In this document: in pieces, positions 19,416-29,689 of the stretch
How the letters are laid out: each line of letters begins with the position of its first letter
Position numbering within the stretch: the stretch's first letter is position 1
Origin: a virus
Strand: one strand, 5' to 3'
DNA: 64,000 bases
IMG/VR virus record: IMGVR_UViG_3300035703_000034
Coordinates: 42,381-106,380 of that record
Notes under the pieces: model-generated
What the model was told of the DNA's origin: nothing
Database searches by the model: none
What the model saw: only the letters and a program-made list of their open reading frames with translations
Program-made: the position numbers and the translations under genes

Positions 19416-20939
19416 ATGAGCGAGCCGTTCAAGAGCAGCGTGCAGGGCCTCGCGCCCGAGCCGGCAGGTCCCGCCTTCTTGCGGCGGCCGAGCATCACCA
19501 ACGACATCACGCCCTACCCCGCCAGCCGGTCGGAGTTCACGGTCCAGCTGCGTCACCAGGTGACGTTCAACCTGCCTGCGGGCCTGCCGGACGCCAGCAT
19601 GCGATCGCTGGTCGTGGCGGGGCGCACGCACTTCGAGGACGACTTCATCGTGCGCGGCCTCAAGGTCATCTGGCAGCGCGGCGTGCTGCCGCTCGGCACC
19701 GAGCTGCTGTTCGAGAGCCTGGGCACGAACCAGCGCCACTGGCGCCAGGTGCGCTTCATCGCCCGGCCCGCCGACGCGGGGCGCTTCGAGCTCTGGACGG
19801 CGCCCGCCGGCACGCACGTCGAGGTCTTCCACAACCAGCGTTACCACGACGAGGCGAGCGGCCTCTTCCGCGTGCAGGGACACCACCTCACGTGGCTCGG
19901 GCCGCTGGCGGCGGGCGACGAGCTGGTCGTGCGCTACGCCACCAGCCCCGAAGGCGCGGCGCTCTGGCACACGCACCACTGGCGGCTCGCGCCCGGGCAC
20001 CCCAACCACTTCACCCTGGCGGTCGACAACCTGTCGCCTATCGGGCGCTCCGGGCGGCTGTACTTCCGCGGGCTGCGCCTGAAGGAGGGGGTCGACTACT
20101 TCGTCACGGACGATCGCCTGTGGCTGCTGCGCGAGGACCTGCTGGCGCAGCACGGCGAAATCTTGACATACGTGCAACCTACCAGCGAAACTCACTTCCA
20201 ACGAATGAACGCCTCCGGGCGCATCACCTCGAACGTACTTGCGATCAGTCATCACACGATCAACGCCGACACGCCGATGGTTGCCGATCTGCGCAACCCT
20301 GGCGTCAAGGGACTTCTGGGAGTCAACGGTTTGCTGGCGGCCGAGGGGCACGGCTTTCTCCACTTGATGCACCGCTTCCTGCTGTGGCTGGACGGGCCGT
20401 ACGTCCTCAAAGAGGACGACGCGCTGACGCTCATCGCGGTCTACCCGCAGTACGCGCAGGGCGTTCACATCAGCCGCATGCCCGTGACGGAGGCGTATCC
20501 GACGTGGACGCTCGCGCGCAAGTCGGCGGACATCCGCAAGTCGCTGGTCCTCGTCTCGGCCGCCAACCGGCCCGGTGGCGCGTGCTACGCCGGCACGGGC
20601 GCGCTGGCGTTCCTCGACGAGCGGACCCTGGCGTGGCGCGGTGAGTTCCCGCTGAAGCCCACCGACATGGTGGTCGTCGTCAGCCTCGTGCACCCGGCCC
20701 TCGCCAGCAGCTTCGAGCTCGCGCAGTTCGCCATCACCGAGGCCCAGGCCGGCACCAACGTCTGCGTGCCGCTGCCGCGCACGCCGCGCGAGCCGCACGC
20801 CGTGCTCGCCGCGCTCAACGGCGTGCAGCTGGTGAGCGGCCGCGACTTCAGCGTCACGGACGCCCACTTCACCTACTACGCCGACGCAAGCGGCATCCCG
20901 CCGAAGGTCAACGATCGCTTAACGGTCTGGTTCCGCTAG
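19416..20939 (+). CDS. Virion structural protein with repeated small beta domains
   Basis: Repeats of type GLRLKEGVDYFV and NGVQLVSGRDFSVT. Confidence 0.55.
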   Translation: MSEPFKSSVQGLAPEPAGPAFLRRPSITNDITPYPASRSEFTVQLRHQVTFNLPAGLPDASMRSLVVAGRTHFEDDFIVRGLKVIWQRGVLPLGTELLFESLGTNQRHWRQVRFIARPADAGRFELWTAPAGTHVEVFHNQRYHDEASGLFRVQGHHLTWLGPLAAGDELVVRYATSPEGAALWHTHHWRLAPGHPNHFTLAVDNLSPIGRSGRLYFRGLRLKEGVDYFVTDDRLWLLREDLLAQHGEILTYVQPTSETHFQRMNASGRITSNVLAISHHTINADTPMVADLRNPGVKGLLGVNGLLAAEGHGFLHLMHRFLLWLDGPYVLKEDDALTLIAVYPQYAQGVHISRMPVTEAYPTWTLARKSADIRKSLVLVSAANRPGGACYAGTGALAFLDERTLAWRGEFPLKPTDMVVVVSLVHPALASSFELAQFAITEAQAGTNVCVPLPRTPREPHAVLAALNGVQLVSGRDFSVTDAHFTYYADASGIPPKVNDRLTVWFR

Positions 20940-20940
20940 G

Positions 20941-22938
20941 CTACATCGGGCTGCCGCCCTGGCGGCGCGGCGGCTTCTGCTCGGGCATGTTCTTGCTGAC
21001 CTCGCCGCCCGCGGGCTGCTGCACGCCGGCCTGCGGAGCGAGGCCCATCTGCGTCAGCATGCGATCCATGATCGAGGCCATCAGCGGGTTCGTCTGCTCG
21101 AGCTGCGCGAAGATCTGGGCCTGCTGCTCGGGCGGCATCGTCGCCATCTGCTGGGCCTGCTGGGCGATCATCTGCGGGTCCGTCGCCTGGCGGCGCATCA
21201 GCTGCCGGGCGAGGTCGGGGTTCTGCTGCGCGATGCGCTCGATCGCCATCTGGGCCTGCTCTGGCTTGAGCGGGCGCAGCGCCTCGAAGACGCTCTCGAC
21301 CTGCTCGTGCGGGATGGTGGGGAAGCCGAAGTTGCCCTCGGGCGGCAGGGCGTTGACCAGCAAGCTCTGGATCGTCTGGCCCCGGGTGGCCGCCTCCGCC
21401 TGCGCCTTCGCGTCGGCGATCGCCTTCTCCAAGTTCTCGGCGATGCGGTAGCGGCTCTCCTCGGCGTAGTCGAAGTCGTTGAGCACGCCCAGCGTCTTGC
21501 CGGAAAGCACGCCCGACTGCCAGTAGTTGAAGCTCAGCTGCTTGGCCTGGATGTCGTCCGCCATCTTGAACTTCTTCATGTCGATCTTCACATGCTCGAT
21601 GCCCGTGATCTGGCTGATGCGCTTGGCGACCCAGCGGAAGAGCCGCACGATGCCGTTAACCTGGTTGAACAGGCTGTTCTCCAGCATGCGCAGCGAAACC
21701 GACGTGCCCGAGTACTGCAGGCCGCCGCGCACGAACTCCTGCGGGACGTTCAGGCCGTTCATCAGGTTGGTCTGCACCTGCTCGAGCTCGGGGAAGAGCA
21801 TCAGCGCCTTACCCTGGCCGCCCATCTGGTCGTGCGCCAGCGGCACCGGGCTCACCATGATGTAGAGGGGGTCCTTCTTCCACTTCCGGATCTCGGTGTT
21901 GAGCCGCCGACGCCAGTCGAGCAGGTCGACGGGCAGCGTGGTGTTGCCGCCCGTGTCGGAGGCCGGGAAGACGAAGCGGAAGGGCAGGATGTGCTCCATC
22001 ATCAAGGCGAGCTGGGCGCGGCGCATCATGTTGAAGTAGAAGAGGTCCTGCAGGATGGCGACGGTGTTGGGGATGCCCCAGGGCGTCTCGACGCCCGGCA
22101 GGTCGAAGCTGGCGCGCGGCAGGTGGAACAGGTTGCCCTGCTTGAACTTGATCTTCGCCGCCTTGCCCCGCTGGGCACCCTTGGTCTGGCGCGCGGCGAT
22201 GATGACGTCCATCGGCGTGTGCAGCAGCCGCACGCGGTTCCCCTGCTTGATCTTGCTCAGCTCGCTCTCGGGGATGGTGTAGTAGTACTCCGTCACGCCG
22301 GAGTACGGGTCGTAGTCGATGTCGATGTTGCCCGGGTAGAAGCTGATGAGGTGGATGCGCGTGTAGTCGGAGATGAGCACGTCGTTGACCTTGGCGCGGC
22401 CCTTCTTCTCGCAGCTCGCGCACGTGAGGATGAACTGCAGCGCGCCGCGCTCCCACTCCCACTTGGCGTTCTTCGCGCGCTCCTCGCCGCCGCAGTGCTT
22501 GCACACCAGGTGCCGCTCGAAGGGCTGGTACACCGAGCAGAACACGTTGCCGTAGGTCTGGAAGTTGAGCCCGCACTTCATGGCGAACTCCTTGGCCTGC
22601 AGGTGCTCGAAGATCTTCTCCCAGGTCTTGATGAGCTCCTGCTTCGACTCCAGGATCCGGGTGTAGTCCTCGTCGTCCTGCTCGGCGTTGATCTTGGGCG
22701 TGAAGGTGAACTCCGTGATGGGGTACTCCGCCAGCTTCTCGATGGCCGGGTTGACGGCCGAGTTGGTGAGCATCGCGTGCGCGGAGTACTTGAAGAGCTC
22801 CTTGACGCTGTGCGGCAGGAAGAAGCCCTGGAAGTTGAAGAACTGCGACTGGTTGAGCATGCTCTGCTGGAGCATGGTCGAACCCATGGCGTACATGTCG
22901 CCCGTCAGGTCGTCGTGTTGGGACTGCAGCCAACTCAT
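20941..22938 (-). CDS. Portal protein with Zn-ribbon insertion
   Basis: KLAEYPIT, YGNVFCS, PWGIP, GLNVPQEFVRGGLQYSGTSVSLRMLEN motifs; CKHC...CASC insert; Q/M-rich tail ending PEQKPPRR. Confidence 0.8.
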   Translation of the reverse strand: MSWLQSQHDDLTGDMYAMGSTMLQQSMLNQSQFFNFQGFFLPHSVKELFKYSAHAMLTNSAVNPAIEKLAEYPITEFTFTPKINAEQDDEDYTRILESKQELIKTWEKIFEHLQAKEFAMKCGLNFQTYGNVFCSVYQPFERHLVCKHCGGEERAKNAKWEWERGALQFILTCASCEKKGRAKVNDVLISDYTRIHLISFYPGNIDIDYDPYSGVTEYYYTIPESELSKIKQGNRVRLLHTPMDVIIAARQTKGAQRGKAAKIKFKQGNLFHLPRASFDLPGVETPWGIPNTVAILQDLFYFNMMRRAQLALMMEHILPFRFVFPASDTGGNTTLPVDLLDWRRRLNTEIRKWKKDPLYIMVSPVPLAHDQMGGQGKALMLFPELEQVQTNLMNGLNVPQEFVRGGLQYSGTSVSLRMLENSLFNQVNGIVRLFRWVAKRISQITGIEHVKIDMKKFKMADDIQAKQLSFNYWQSGVLSGKTLGVLNDFDYAEESRYRIAENLEKAIADAKAQAEAATRGQTIQSLLVNALPPEGNFGFPTIPHEQVESVFEALRPLKPEQAQMAIERIAQQNPDLARQLMRRQATDPQMIAQQAQQMATMPPEQQAQIFAQLEQTNPLMASIMDRMLTQMGLAPQAGVQQPAGGEVSKNMPEQKPPRRQGGSPM

Positions 22939-23705
22939 AGGGCCTCAAGCTCCTGAAGCGCCTGGTCGTGGCGCGTCTTCACGTAGGCGGCCGCAGCCGC
23001 CAGCCGGTCGTGCTGCAGCGCGGCCTCGGGCGTGAGCGGGCGCTGCGTCATGGCGTGCTGGACCTCGCGGCCGTGGTCCGACAGCACGCTGTCGAGGGCC
23101 GTCTGGGCGAAGCGCAGTGGCGCGGGTGTTTGCACCAGCCCGTCCTGGTGCAGGCTGACGGCCACGAAGACGGCGACCTCGTCGCCCCAAGGCGTGACGG
23201 GGTCGATGAGGCGCAGCTCGTCGGCGGCCCACGCGAGCTCCGCCGGCAGCAGCTCGGGCATGACGTCCGGCGTCACGGGGTGCCCGTTGAACGCCTGCGC
23301 GACCCAGGCAAACGCCTCCCAGTCCGTGAACGGCGCCGCGCGGTGCAGCGCCAGCTTGGCGGCCAGCAAGGCGGTGAGCGACCGCTCGTCGATCGCCAAG
23401 CGGTCGATGAGCGTCTCGGGCTCGTAGTCGGTCCAGTCCGGCCCGAGGTGCTTTTCGCAGTAGGCCGCGAGCGCCACGGGCGTGCGGGGCGCGGGTCCGG
23501 CCACCTTGGTGGCCGCCGTGTCGTCCTTGGTCTTGCGCACGCCCGCCGCGAGCAGGCGCGCGCCGACCCGCTCGACGACGGCGCGGCGATCGCGGCTCGC
23601 GTCCGTCAGGTCGGCCAGGCTCTTGAGCGCGCCGACGACCTGCTGGACCTGCAGCTCCCGCTCGAGGGCCTGGCTGTCCGCCGGCGCGTTAGAAACCGGG
23701 TCCAC
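22935..23705 (-). CDS. Hypothetical head-associated protein
   Basis: Overlaps portal start; LGPDWTDYEPETL motif. Confidence 0.6.
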   Translation of the reverse strand: MDPVSNAPADSQALERELQVQQVVGALKSLADLTDASRDRRAVVERVGARLLAAGVRKTKDDTAATKVAGPAPRTPVALAAYCEKHLGPDWTDYEPETLIDRLAIDERSLTALLAAKLALHRAAPFTDWEAFAWVAQAFNGHPVTPDVMPELLPAELAWAADELRLIDPVTPWGDEVAVFVAVSLHQDGLVQTPAPLRFAQTALDSVLSDHGREVQHAMTQRPLTPEAALQHDRLAAAAAYVKTRHDQALQELEAL

Positions 23706-24732
23706 GCGCAGCCACCACGATCATGCGCTGCATCGGCATCGGCAGCCCGCGCAGCACGCTCGCCACCTTGCGCGGATCGTCCCAGTGGTCGAGCACCTCC
23801 GGCGCGAGGTCGGCGTAGACGTCCTGCGCGACCTTGTGCATGAGCTCCTGGATCGAGAGCTGGACGCCGGCAAGCTTCATCGTGTCCTCGAAGAGGTCCT
23901 CCTGGACGGGCCGCCCGGCCATCGAGACCACCGGGCGGAAGCCCGGGGCGCCTTCGAAGCCGGCGAGCTTGTCGAGCGTGGCGAACATGTGCCAGAACGG
24001 ACCGTCGAGCTCGGCCGCGTGCGCGACCTTGGCGAGCTCGTCGTAGGCCTTGAGGAAGGCCGAGTCGAAGCGCGGCAGGTCGTGGTAGCCGGGCATCTCG
24101 ACGCCCCGGCGCTCGGCGGCCGACTTGATGGAGGCCATGCGGTCGGCCTGCTCGTTGGCGGCCATGATGGCGCCGAGGCGCTGCCGCACGGCGTCGATGA
24201 CGTGGCTGCGCTTGATCGCCATTCCGTGCGTCGCGAGCGCGGGCGTCGGCGCGATGCCGTAAACGTCGCAGGCCGACAGCAGCTCGGCGGCGAACTTGGG
24301 CATCGCCTCGAGGTCGGGCGTCTCGGAGACGAGGGTGGCGAACTGGTGGTTCGCGAGCGCCACGGCGTCCCGCTCGGAGACGGCCGCGGCGGCCTGCTTC
24401 TCGGTGGGCGCCAGGAAGTCGGCGACGTCGTCCTCGATGTGGTGGATCTCGGCTGCGATCTTCAGGGCGTCGGCGATGGACTCGTGGTGCTGGAACGGAA
24501 TCAGGTGGGCGGTCTTGCTGAAGTAGGCCGCGGACAGCCAGGTGTCGGCGGGGGTGTCGCAGGCGAACTTGCGCTCACCTTCCCAGGCCAGCATGCCCTT
24601 GTCCTTGCGGAACTCGGCGCTGGGGATCAGGCTGGCCGACTTGATGTAGTCGGGCACGCCTTCCGGGCCGCGCTCCTCGAGCAGCTCGCGCATGACCGCG
24701 CCGGTCGCGTCGTCGTAAAAGTCAATCAGCAT
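23689..24732 (-). CDS. KxA-rich putative internal head protein
   Basis: About 11 K-x-A motifs in 347 aa (KSAS, KTAH, KIAA, KQAA, KFAA, KSAA, KVAH, KLAG x2, KVAQ, KVAS). Confidence 0.65.
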   Translation of the reverse strand: MLIDFYDDATGAVMRELLEERGPEGVPDYIKSASLIPSAEFRKDKGMLAWEGERKFACDTPADTWLSAAYFSKTAHLIPFQHHESIADALKIAAEIHHIEDDVADFLAPTEKQAAAAVSERDAVALANHQFATLVSETPDLEAMPKFAAELLSACDVYGIAPTPALATHGMAIKRSHVIDAVRQRLGAIMAANEQADRMASIKSAAERRGVEMPGYHDLPRFDSAFLKAYDELAKVAHAAELDGPFWHMFATLDKLAGFEGAPGFRPVVSMAGRPVQEDLFEDTMKLAGVQLSIQELMHKVAQDVYADLAPEVLDHWDDPRKVASVLRGLPMPMQRMIVVAARGPGF

Positions 24733-24742
24733 CTGCCTGCCC

Positions 24743-25150
24743 TCAAAACGCCGGAAGCCCGAGCGCGCGGCGCACGCCCACGAACACGTTGCGCTCGCGG
24801 ATGTAGCACGTGGTCACCGTCTTACTGGAATTATCGCCCCGGCGACTTTCATTGACCAAAAGGGCGTAGCGCCAGCCGGTCACGCGGGCGCGCTGCACGA
24901 GGCCGTCCGCGTAGCGCACGCCGTCGTCGCGGCGCACCGTGCCGTCCGTCTCGAACAGCTGGGTCGTGACGGACTTGGCCTGGTGCAGGTAGACGCAGAG
25001 CACCTCGTCCTTGCGGCTCTTGCCCAGCATCGGGTCCTCGAGCGGGATCAAGATGAACTGCGCGCCGCGGTGGAGCTTCGGCGTCAGCAGCTCGATGAGC
25101 TCCTGCTCCGACTCGGACGGCGTGGGGGCCTCTCGCGTTTCGATCTTCAT
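24743..25150 (-). CDS. Hypothetical protein
   Basis: AGGAGG SD then ATG (MKIETREAP); the longer ORF call upstream is a GC artefact. Confidence 0.6.
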   Translation of the reverse strand: MKIETREAPTPSESEQELIELLTPKLHRGAQFILIPLEDPMLGKSRKDEVLCVYLHQAKSVTTQLFETDGTVRRDDGVRYADGLVQRARVTGWRYALLVNESRRGDNSSKTVTTCYIRERNVFVGVRRALGLPAF

Positions 25151-25158
25151 GGATCCTC

Positions 25159-26655
25159 CTACAGGCCCGGCCAGTTGCCGAGCTTCAAGACCTGGGCCAC
25201 GGTGTTGAGCGTGCCGCGCACGACCCCCGGGTCGGGCGCCCCCGCGCAGAAGAACACGGCCAGCGTGCCGTCGGTCGGCTGGATGTCCGGCGCGTTGGCG
25301 GCGAAGCTGGAGAGTCCCTGCTGCAGCGCGAAGTTCAGCTGGTGGTTGCCGCCCGCGCACGGGGGGATCACGAGGGTCGCGGCCGTCAGGCGCTGGATCT
25401 CGGCGAGCAGCGCGTCGTACGCCTCGGTCTGCGTCTGCAGCACCTCCTGACGCTGCTGCGTGGTGTCGGGCCGCCGGGCCGCATCCTCGTTGAACGCCTG
25501 CTGAATCATGTTGGGCAAAGTCCCGAACGCGCGACCGGCCTCGTCGTACGCGGCCGCGATCTGCCCGGTGGCGTCCAGCGCCGTGAGCGTCGCCTCGTAG
25601 AGCACCGACACGCCCGGCAGCAGGGTGTTGAGGCTGTCGCCCACCGTGACCGCGCGCCAGACGTCCCACGTCGACGCGTCGTTTAGGCGCTGCAGCTGCT
25701 GGCCGAGCGGGCGGTCGTTGACCTTCAGCTCGCCCACCGGGAAGCGCGTCGCCCCGCGCCGCACCTGGACCGGGTACGTTCCGGGCGTGAGCCCCTCGGT
25801 GGGCACCGCGAACTGCATGTGGCCTTCGGGCGTGAACTCCACCTCGAAGTACCGGTCGCCGATCTGCGCGCGATCCGTCTCGCGCAGCCCGACGCCCCGG
25901 ATCACGAGCGTGGCGGGCTGGTCGACCGTGACGGCCTTGGGCGAGAAACCCTGGATGCGCGGGGCCGCCTCGAAGGCGAGGTTGAACGGAAAGTTCTCGG
26001 GCTCGCTCAGCAGCCGGTTCGCCGCCGAGGTCTCGAACCGTTCCTGCCACTCCGCGATCTCCTGGCTGCGCTGCGCAGCGGGCAGGTAAGCGGCGCGCAG
26101 CAGCGCGTCCTCCAGCGGCTCCATCAGCGAGTCGGCCAGCAGCATGTCGGCCAGGGCCGTGCGGGCGTACGGCACGCTGCCGGAGAGCATCAGCAGCAGC
26201 ACCTTGGCCGCGTCGAACAGCACCTCCGGCTGCCCGGAGAAGACGAGCAGCAACCCGCCGACGTGGTGGGCCTCCGGGAAGCGGGGCGCGTCGGCGACGC
26301 CCGAGGGCTGCAGGGCGCGCGAGAGCGTGCGCTGGAGCTGGCCGAACCCGCCCGGCTGCGGCCGCAACACGCGGTAGTACAGGCCGGTGGACCAGAGCCC
26401 CGCGAGCGCGTCCTGGGCCGACTGGGTCCACTGCTCGACGGGCGTGGGCGGCCGCTGCTGCTCGTCGTACCAGGCGCGCAGCCGGCTGGTCACCGAGGCG
26501 CGCTGGGCGTCGAGCGACGTGATCGCAGGCAGGCCGGTCGTCGCCACGTTCTTCGCGTCCTGCGCGAGCTTCGCGATCGCGCTGGGCGCGAGATCGCTGG
26601 TGCTCGCGAGCGGCGAGAGCGGCGTGGTGATCCAGTACGGCAGCAGCGAGGTCAT
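25159..26655 (-). CDS. Structural protein with IPT/TIG Ig-like domain
   Basis: PRIQGFSP...LVIRGVGL...FAVP...GTYPVQV. Confidence 0.6.
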   Translation of the reverse strand: MTSLLPYWITTPLSPLASTSDLAPSAIAKLAQDAKNVATTGLPAITSLDAQRASVTSRLRAWYDEQQRPPTPVEQWTQSAQDALAGLWSTGLYYRVLRPQPGGFGQLQRTLSRALQPSGVADAPRFPEAHHVGGLLLVFSGQPEVLFDAAKVLLLMLSGSVPYARTALADMLLADSLMEPLEDALLRAAYLPAAQRSQEIAEWQERFETSAANRLLSEPENFPFNLAFEAAPRIQGFSPKAVTVDQPATLVIRGVGLRETDRAQIGDRYFEVEFTPEGHMQFAVPTEGLTPGTYPVQVRRGATRFPVGELKVNDRPLGQQLQRLNDASTWDVWRAVTVGDSLNTLLPGVSVLYEATLTALDATGQIAAAYDEAGRAFGTLPNMIQQAFNEDAARRPDTTQQRQEVLQTQTEAYDALLAEIQRLTAATLVIPPCAGGNHQLNFALQQGLSSFAANAPDIQPTDGTLAVFFCAGAPDPGVVRGTLNTVAQVLKLGNWPGL

Positions 26656-29171
26656 GGGGTGGTGTTCCCCGTGAGCAGCGTGAAGAGCTCACCGGACTCC
26701 GGGTTCTCCGCCGTCAAGATGAGCATGTGCACGATCTGGTCGAGCGGATCGGCGAGCTCCGCGCCGTCCGGGTCAGGTGTCGCCGCGAGCAAGTTCTCGG
26801 TGCGGGTGTACAGCTGCGCCTTTTCGCGCGCCTCCGCCGCGGCGAGCCAGAAAGACTCGTAGAGCTCCGGACTCGAGTCCGCGAACTGCTGCGCCGCGGC
26901 GGTGAACGTGGCTTCAAGCTCGTTCATGTACGCGATGTCGTCTTGCAGCCGCGCGGCCACGCGGGTGCGCAGCGACTCCCCCACTCTCAGCAGGCTGGCC
27001 TGGGCGTTGGGCGGGTAGCCCGCCAGGCGAAACGCCAGCTCGACCTCCTCGGGCGTCTCGGCCTTGGCAGGCAGCACCGAGAGGTGGCGGATGGCCCGGC
27101 GCAGCACGGTCTCGTCGTGCTGTGCGGTGCTGATGTCCAGCAAATAGCGCGCGATGTCCTGGGAGAGCGTTTCGTACCGTGTCTGCAGATCGCGCACCCG
27201 GGTCTCGGCCTGCCCCTTGAGCCGCTCCAGCTCGCTTCTTCGATCGGCCGTGAGGTCCGTTCGCTCCAGCTCGCGCGTGATCGACGTCAGCTCCTCCGTC
27301 ACCGAGGTCAAGGAGGCATTGGTGGTCTCGCGGTCCTTCTCCTTGGTCTTCAGCGTCGACTCGGCCTGCTGCAGCGACGCCTGCAGCGTGGCGAGCTCGG
27401 TGTTCAGCTCGGTCCTGAGTGTCGTCGCCCGGCTGCGCGTCAGCGTGTCGAGCGCGCCGCCCAGGCGCCGCTGCAGCAGGTCGATCGCGTCGGGGAGCGC
27501 CGGGTCGGGCTCGTTGTTCTCACCGGGCACGCCCGCGCCGAAGAACTGCGCCGTCGCCGGGCCGAAGCCTGCCGCGGACCCGCCGTAGCGGTACATCACC
27601 AGCGTGCCGATTGCGAGCGCGTCGAGGAGCTGGTTGATGAGCCCCGAGATGAGCGCGACGAACCGCACGATGAAGGCGCCGATGCGCTCCAGCTTGGCGA
27701 TCGTGGACGTGAACTTGAGCAGGATGCGTTCGATCGCCTCGCGCAGCGTGACCAGGACGTCGAGCATCGCGCCGAGGAAATCGAGCAGGATCTCGAAAAA
27801 ATCGACCGCATCATCCAGCAGGTCGGAGACGATCAGCAGCGGCTCGAACGAGGCCGCCACGCTGACGCGCCCCTGATAGGTCAGCCCGATCACGGTCGAG
27901 CCCGGCCCCTGCGGCACAGGCGGCGCGTCCGTGGTGGGCATCTCGCTCAGGTGGTCCAAGACCCGCTCCCAGAACGCCGCCACCTGCTCATGGCGCAGCG
28001 CTGTCGCCGTGTCGGGCGGTGTTTGGGCCTCAGCGGCCTGCTTGGCGGCGCGGGCCGCCGCGATGTCCGCTTGCAGCACGCCATACAGCATGAGCTTGCG
28101 CCGCGGCGTCAGCGGCGCAGGGCCCACGCGATCCAGCAGGGCCTGCTGCTCCTCCGATAGCCGCTCGTCTCGCAGGATGGCGCGGGTGCGCACCACGATC
28201 TCCCACGCCTCCTGCGCCTCGTCGATACGCGTTTGGATGGCGGCCTTCTGGTCGTCCGGCGCGTTCAGCAGCTCCTGCTTGGCGGTGTCGCGCTCGAGGG
28301 CGAACACCGCGAGGTCCTCGGCCAGCACCGTGTCGATGAAGGCCTGGCGCTCGCTGTCGTAAAAGGCGTTCGGCTTGCGCGGACCGGGGTGGTCGGGCGG
28401 GGTCGCAGGCAAGCTGGCGAGCCAGGTGGTGACCCGCTCCTGCGCGGCCGCCTCCACGCGACGCTTGCGCGCCTCTTTTTCGCGCGCGAGGCCACGCTGC
28501 CGGATGCGCTCGAGCTTTTCCTTGACCCGCTTCGCCCGGGCCTCGTTGCGCTCGCGCAGGCGGTCCGCCGACGCGGCCTGCGCGTCCAGGTACGCCTTGT
28601 CCTCCGCCTCGTCCGCCTGACGGTTCGCCTCTGCGATCAGGCGCTCGTTCTGGGCGTAGTCGCGGAACGGGCCGGCCTCGCTCAGGGTCGGCAGCAAGAA
28701 CCGCCGCAGCCGGCCAATGGTGTCGCTGAGCGTGGCCGCGAAGACCAGCGCGTTGACGGTCGCCTGCGGGGCCTGCGCCGGGTTGCCCGGGTACTCGGGC
28801 GGACCGGCCTTGAACATCCCGTCGAAGCTCGGCCCGAGGTCGCGCACCTTGCCGCTGTAGGTGTACCAGGCAAGCGACCCCTCCAGCACCCCCTTCAGCA
28901 CCTTCGACAGGGCCTTGAAGACGTTCAGCTTCTCCGCGATCAGGGCCAGGGCGCTGCCCACGCGCTGCAGAAACATCAAGATGATCCCGAGCGTCATGTC
29001 CATCAGGAACTTGGCGGCCCGCACGGCGATCATGAGCACGTCGACCACGATCTGCACGCCCTGCAGCACGGTCTGGATCGGCAAGAAGGTGTCGACCCAC
29101 TCCCGCAACGCCGGGAACAGGTTCTCGAGCTTGCCGCGGACGAGCTCGACCCAGGTGCCGCTGCCTGACAT
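26652..29171 (-). CDS. Large coiled-coil/helical tail-associated protein
   Basis: Likely start MSGSGTW; amphipathic helices and long heptad coiled coil; in spike operon. Confidence 0.55.
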   Translation of the reverse strand: MSGSGTWVELVRGKLENLFPALREWVDTFLPIQTVLQGVQIVVDVLMIAVRAAKFLMDMTLGIILMFLQRVGSALALIAEKLNVFKALSKVLKGVLEGSLAWYTYSGKVRDLGPSFDGMFKAGPPEYPGNPAQAPQATVNALVFAATLSDTIGRLRRFLLPTLSEAGPFRDYAQNERLIAEANRQADEAEDKAYLDAQAASADRLRERNEARAKRVKEKLERIRQRGLAREKEARKRRVEAAAQERVTTWLASLPATPPDHPGPRKPNAFYDSERQAFIDTVLAEDLAVFALERDTAKQELLNAPDDQKAAIQTRIDEAQEAWEIVVRTRAILRDERLSEEQQALLDRVGPAPLTPRRKLMLYGVLQADIAAARAAKQAAEAQTPPDTATALRHEQVAAFWERVLDHLSEMPTTDAPPVPQGPGSTVIGLTYQGRVSVAASFEPLLIVSDLLDDAVDFFEILLDFLGAMLDVLVTLREAIERILLKFTSTIAKLERIGAFIVRFVALISGLINQLLDALAIGTLVMYRYGGSAAGFGPATAQFFGAGVPGENNEPDPALPDAIDLLQRRLGGALDTLTRSRATTLRTELNTELATLQASLQQAESTLKTKEKDRETTNASLTSVTEELTSITRELERTDLTADRRSELERLKGQAETRVRDLQTRYETLSQDIARYLLDISTAQHDETVLRRAIRHLSVLPAKAETPEEVELAFRLAGYPPNAQASLLRVGESLRTRVAARLQDDIAYMNELEATFTAAAQQFADSSPELYESFWLAAAEAREKAQLYTRTENLLAATPDPDGAELADPLDQIVHMLILTAENPESGELFTLLTGNTTP

Positions 29172-29173
29172 GC

Positions 29174-29680
29174 TCAGGCCCCCGCGAAGGCCGGCGGGCC
29201 CGTCTCGGTCGCGGCCGTTGCGACGCTGTGCGTGTGCGTGCCGAGCTTCTCGACCAGCGGCGCGAGCTCGGCCATGCGCGTCTCGAGCGCCGTCAGGCGC
29301 GTGTCGACGCCCGGCGCGAGGGCGCTGAGCGTGGTCGACAGCCAGGTGGTGAAGGTCTCGACGACGTCGACCTGCGCCATCTCCACGGTGCGGCTCGCCC
29401 CCTCCGCCGCCCCCTTGGCGGCCAGGGCGGCCAGGCCTTCCCACAGGGCCTTGGGGTAGACCACGTCGAGCGCGTCGTTGAGCGCGAAGGTGCCCGTGAC
29501 CGTGACGGTCTGCCCGGCCAGGCTCGCGCCCGCGTGCACCTTGCCATTGTGCAAGACGAGCAGCTGGGACGCCTGCTCGGGCACGTACGGCAGCTCGACC
29601 GTGAGGCCCCCGGTCTGGCTCGCGCCGACGCGGGTGCGTGCGATCATCAGCTGGCTCTTGACCTGGTCGACGAGTCCCAT
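29174..29680 (-). CDS. Spike-associated protein (HTH...TGPP C-terminus)
   Basis: C-terminal HTHSV...TGPP resembles gp5/gpV/PAAR-associated tips. Confidence 0.5.
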   Translation of the reverse strand: MGLVDQVKSQLMIARTRVGASQTGGLTVELPYVPEQASQLLVLHNGKVHAGASLAGQTVTVTGTFALNDALDVVYPKALWEGLAALAAKGAAEGASRTVEMAQVDVVETFTTWLSTTLSALAPGVDTRLTALETRMAELAPLVEKLGTHTHSVATAATETGPPAFAGA

Positions 29681-29689
29681 GGGCCTTCC

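Noticed and set aside
26652-29171. Tape measure protein
   Set aside because: Helical, but not located after the tube genes and lacking typical TMP features; left as tail-associated
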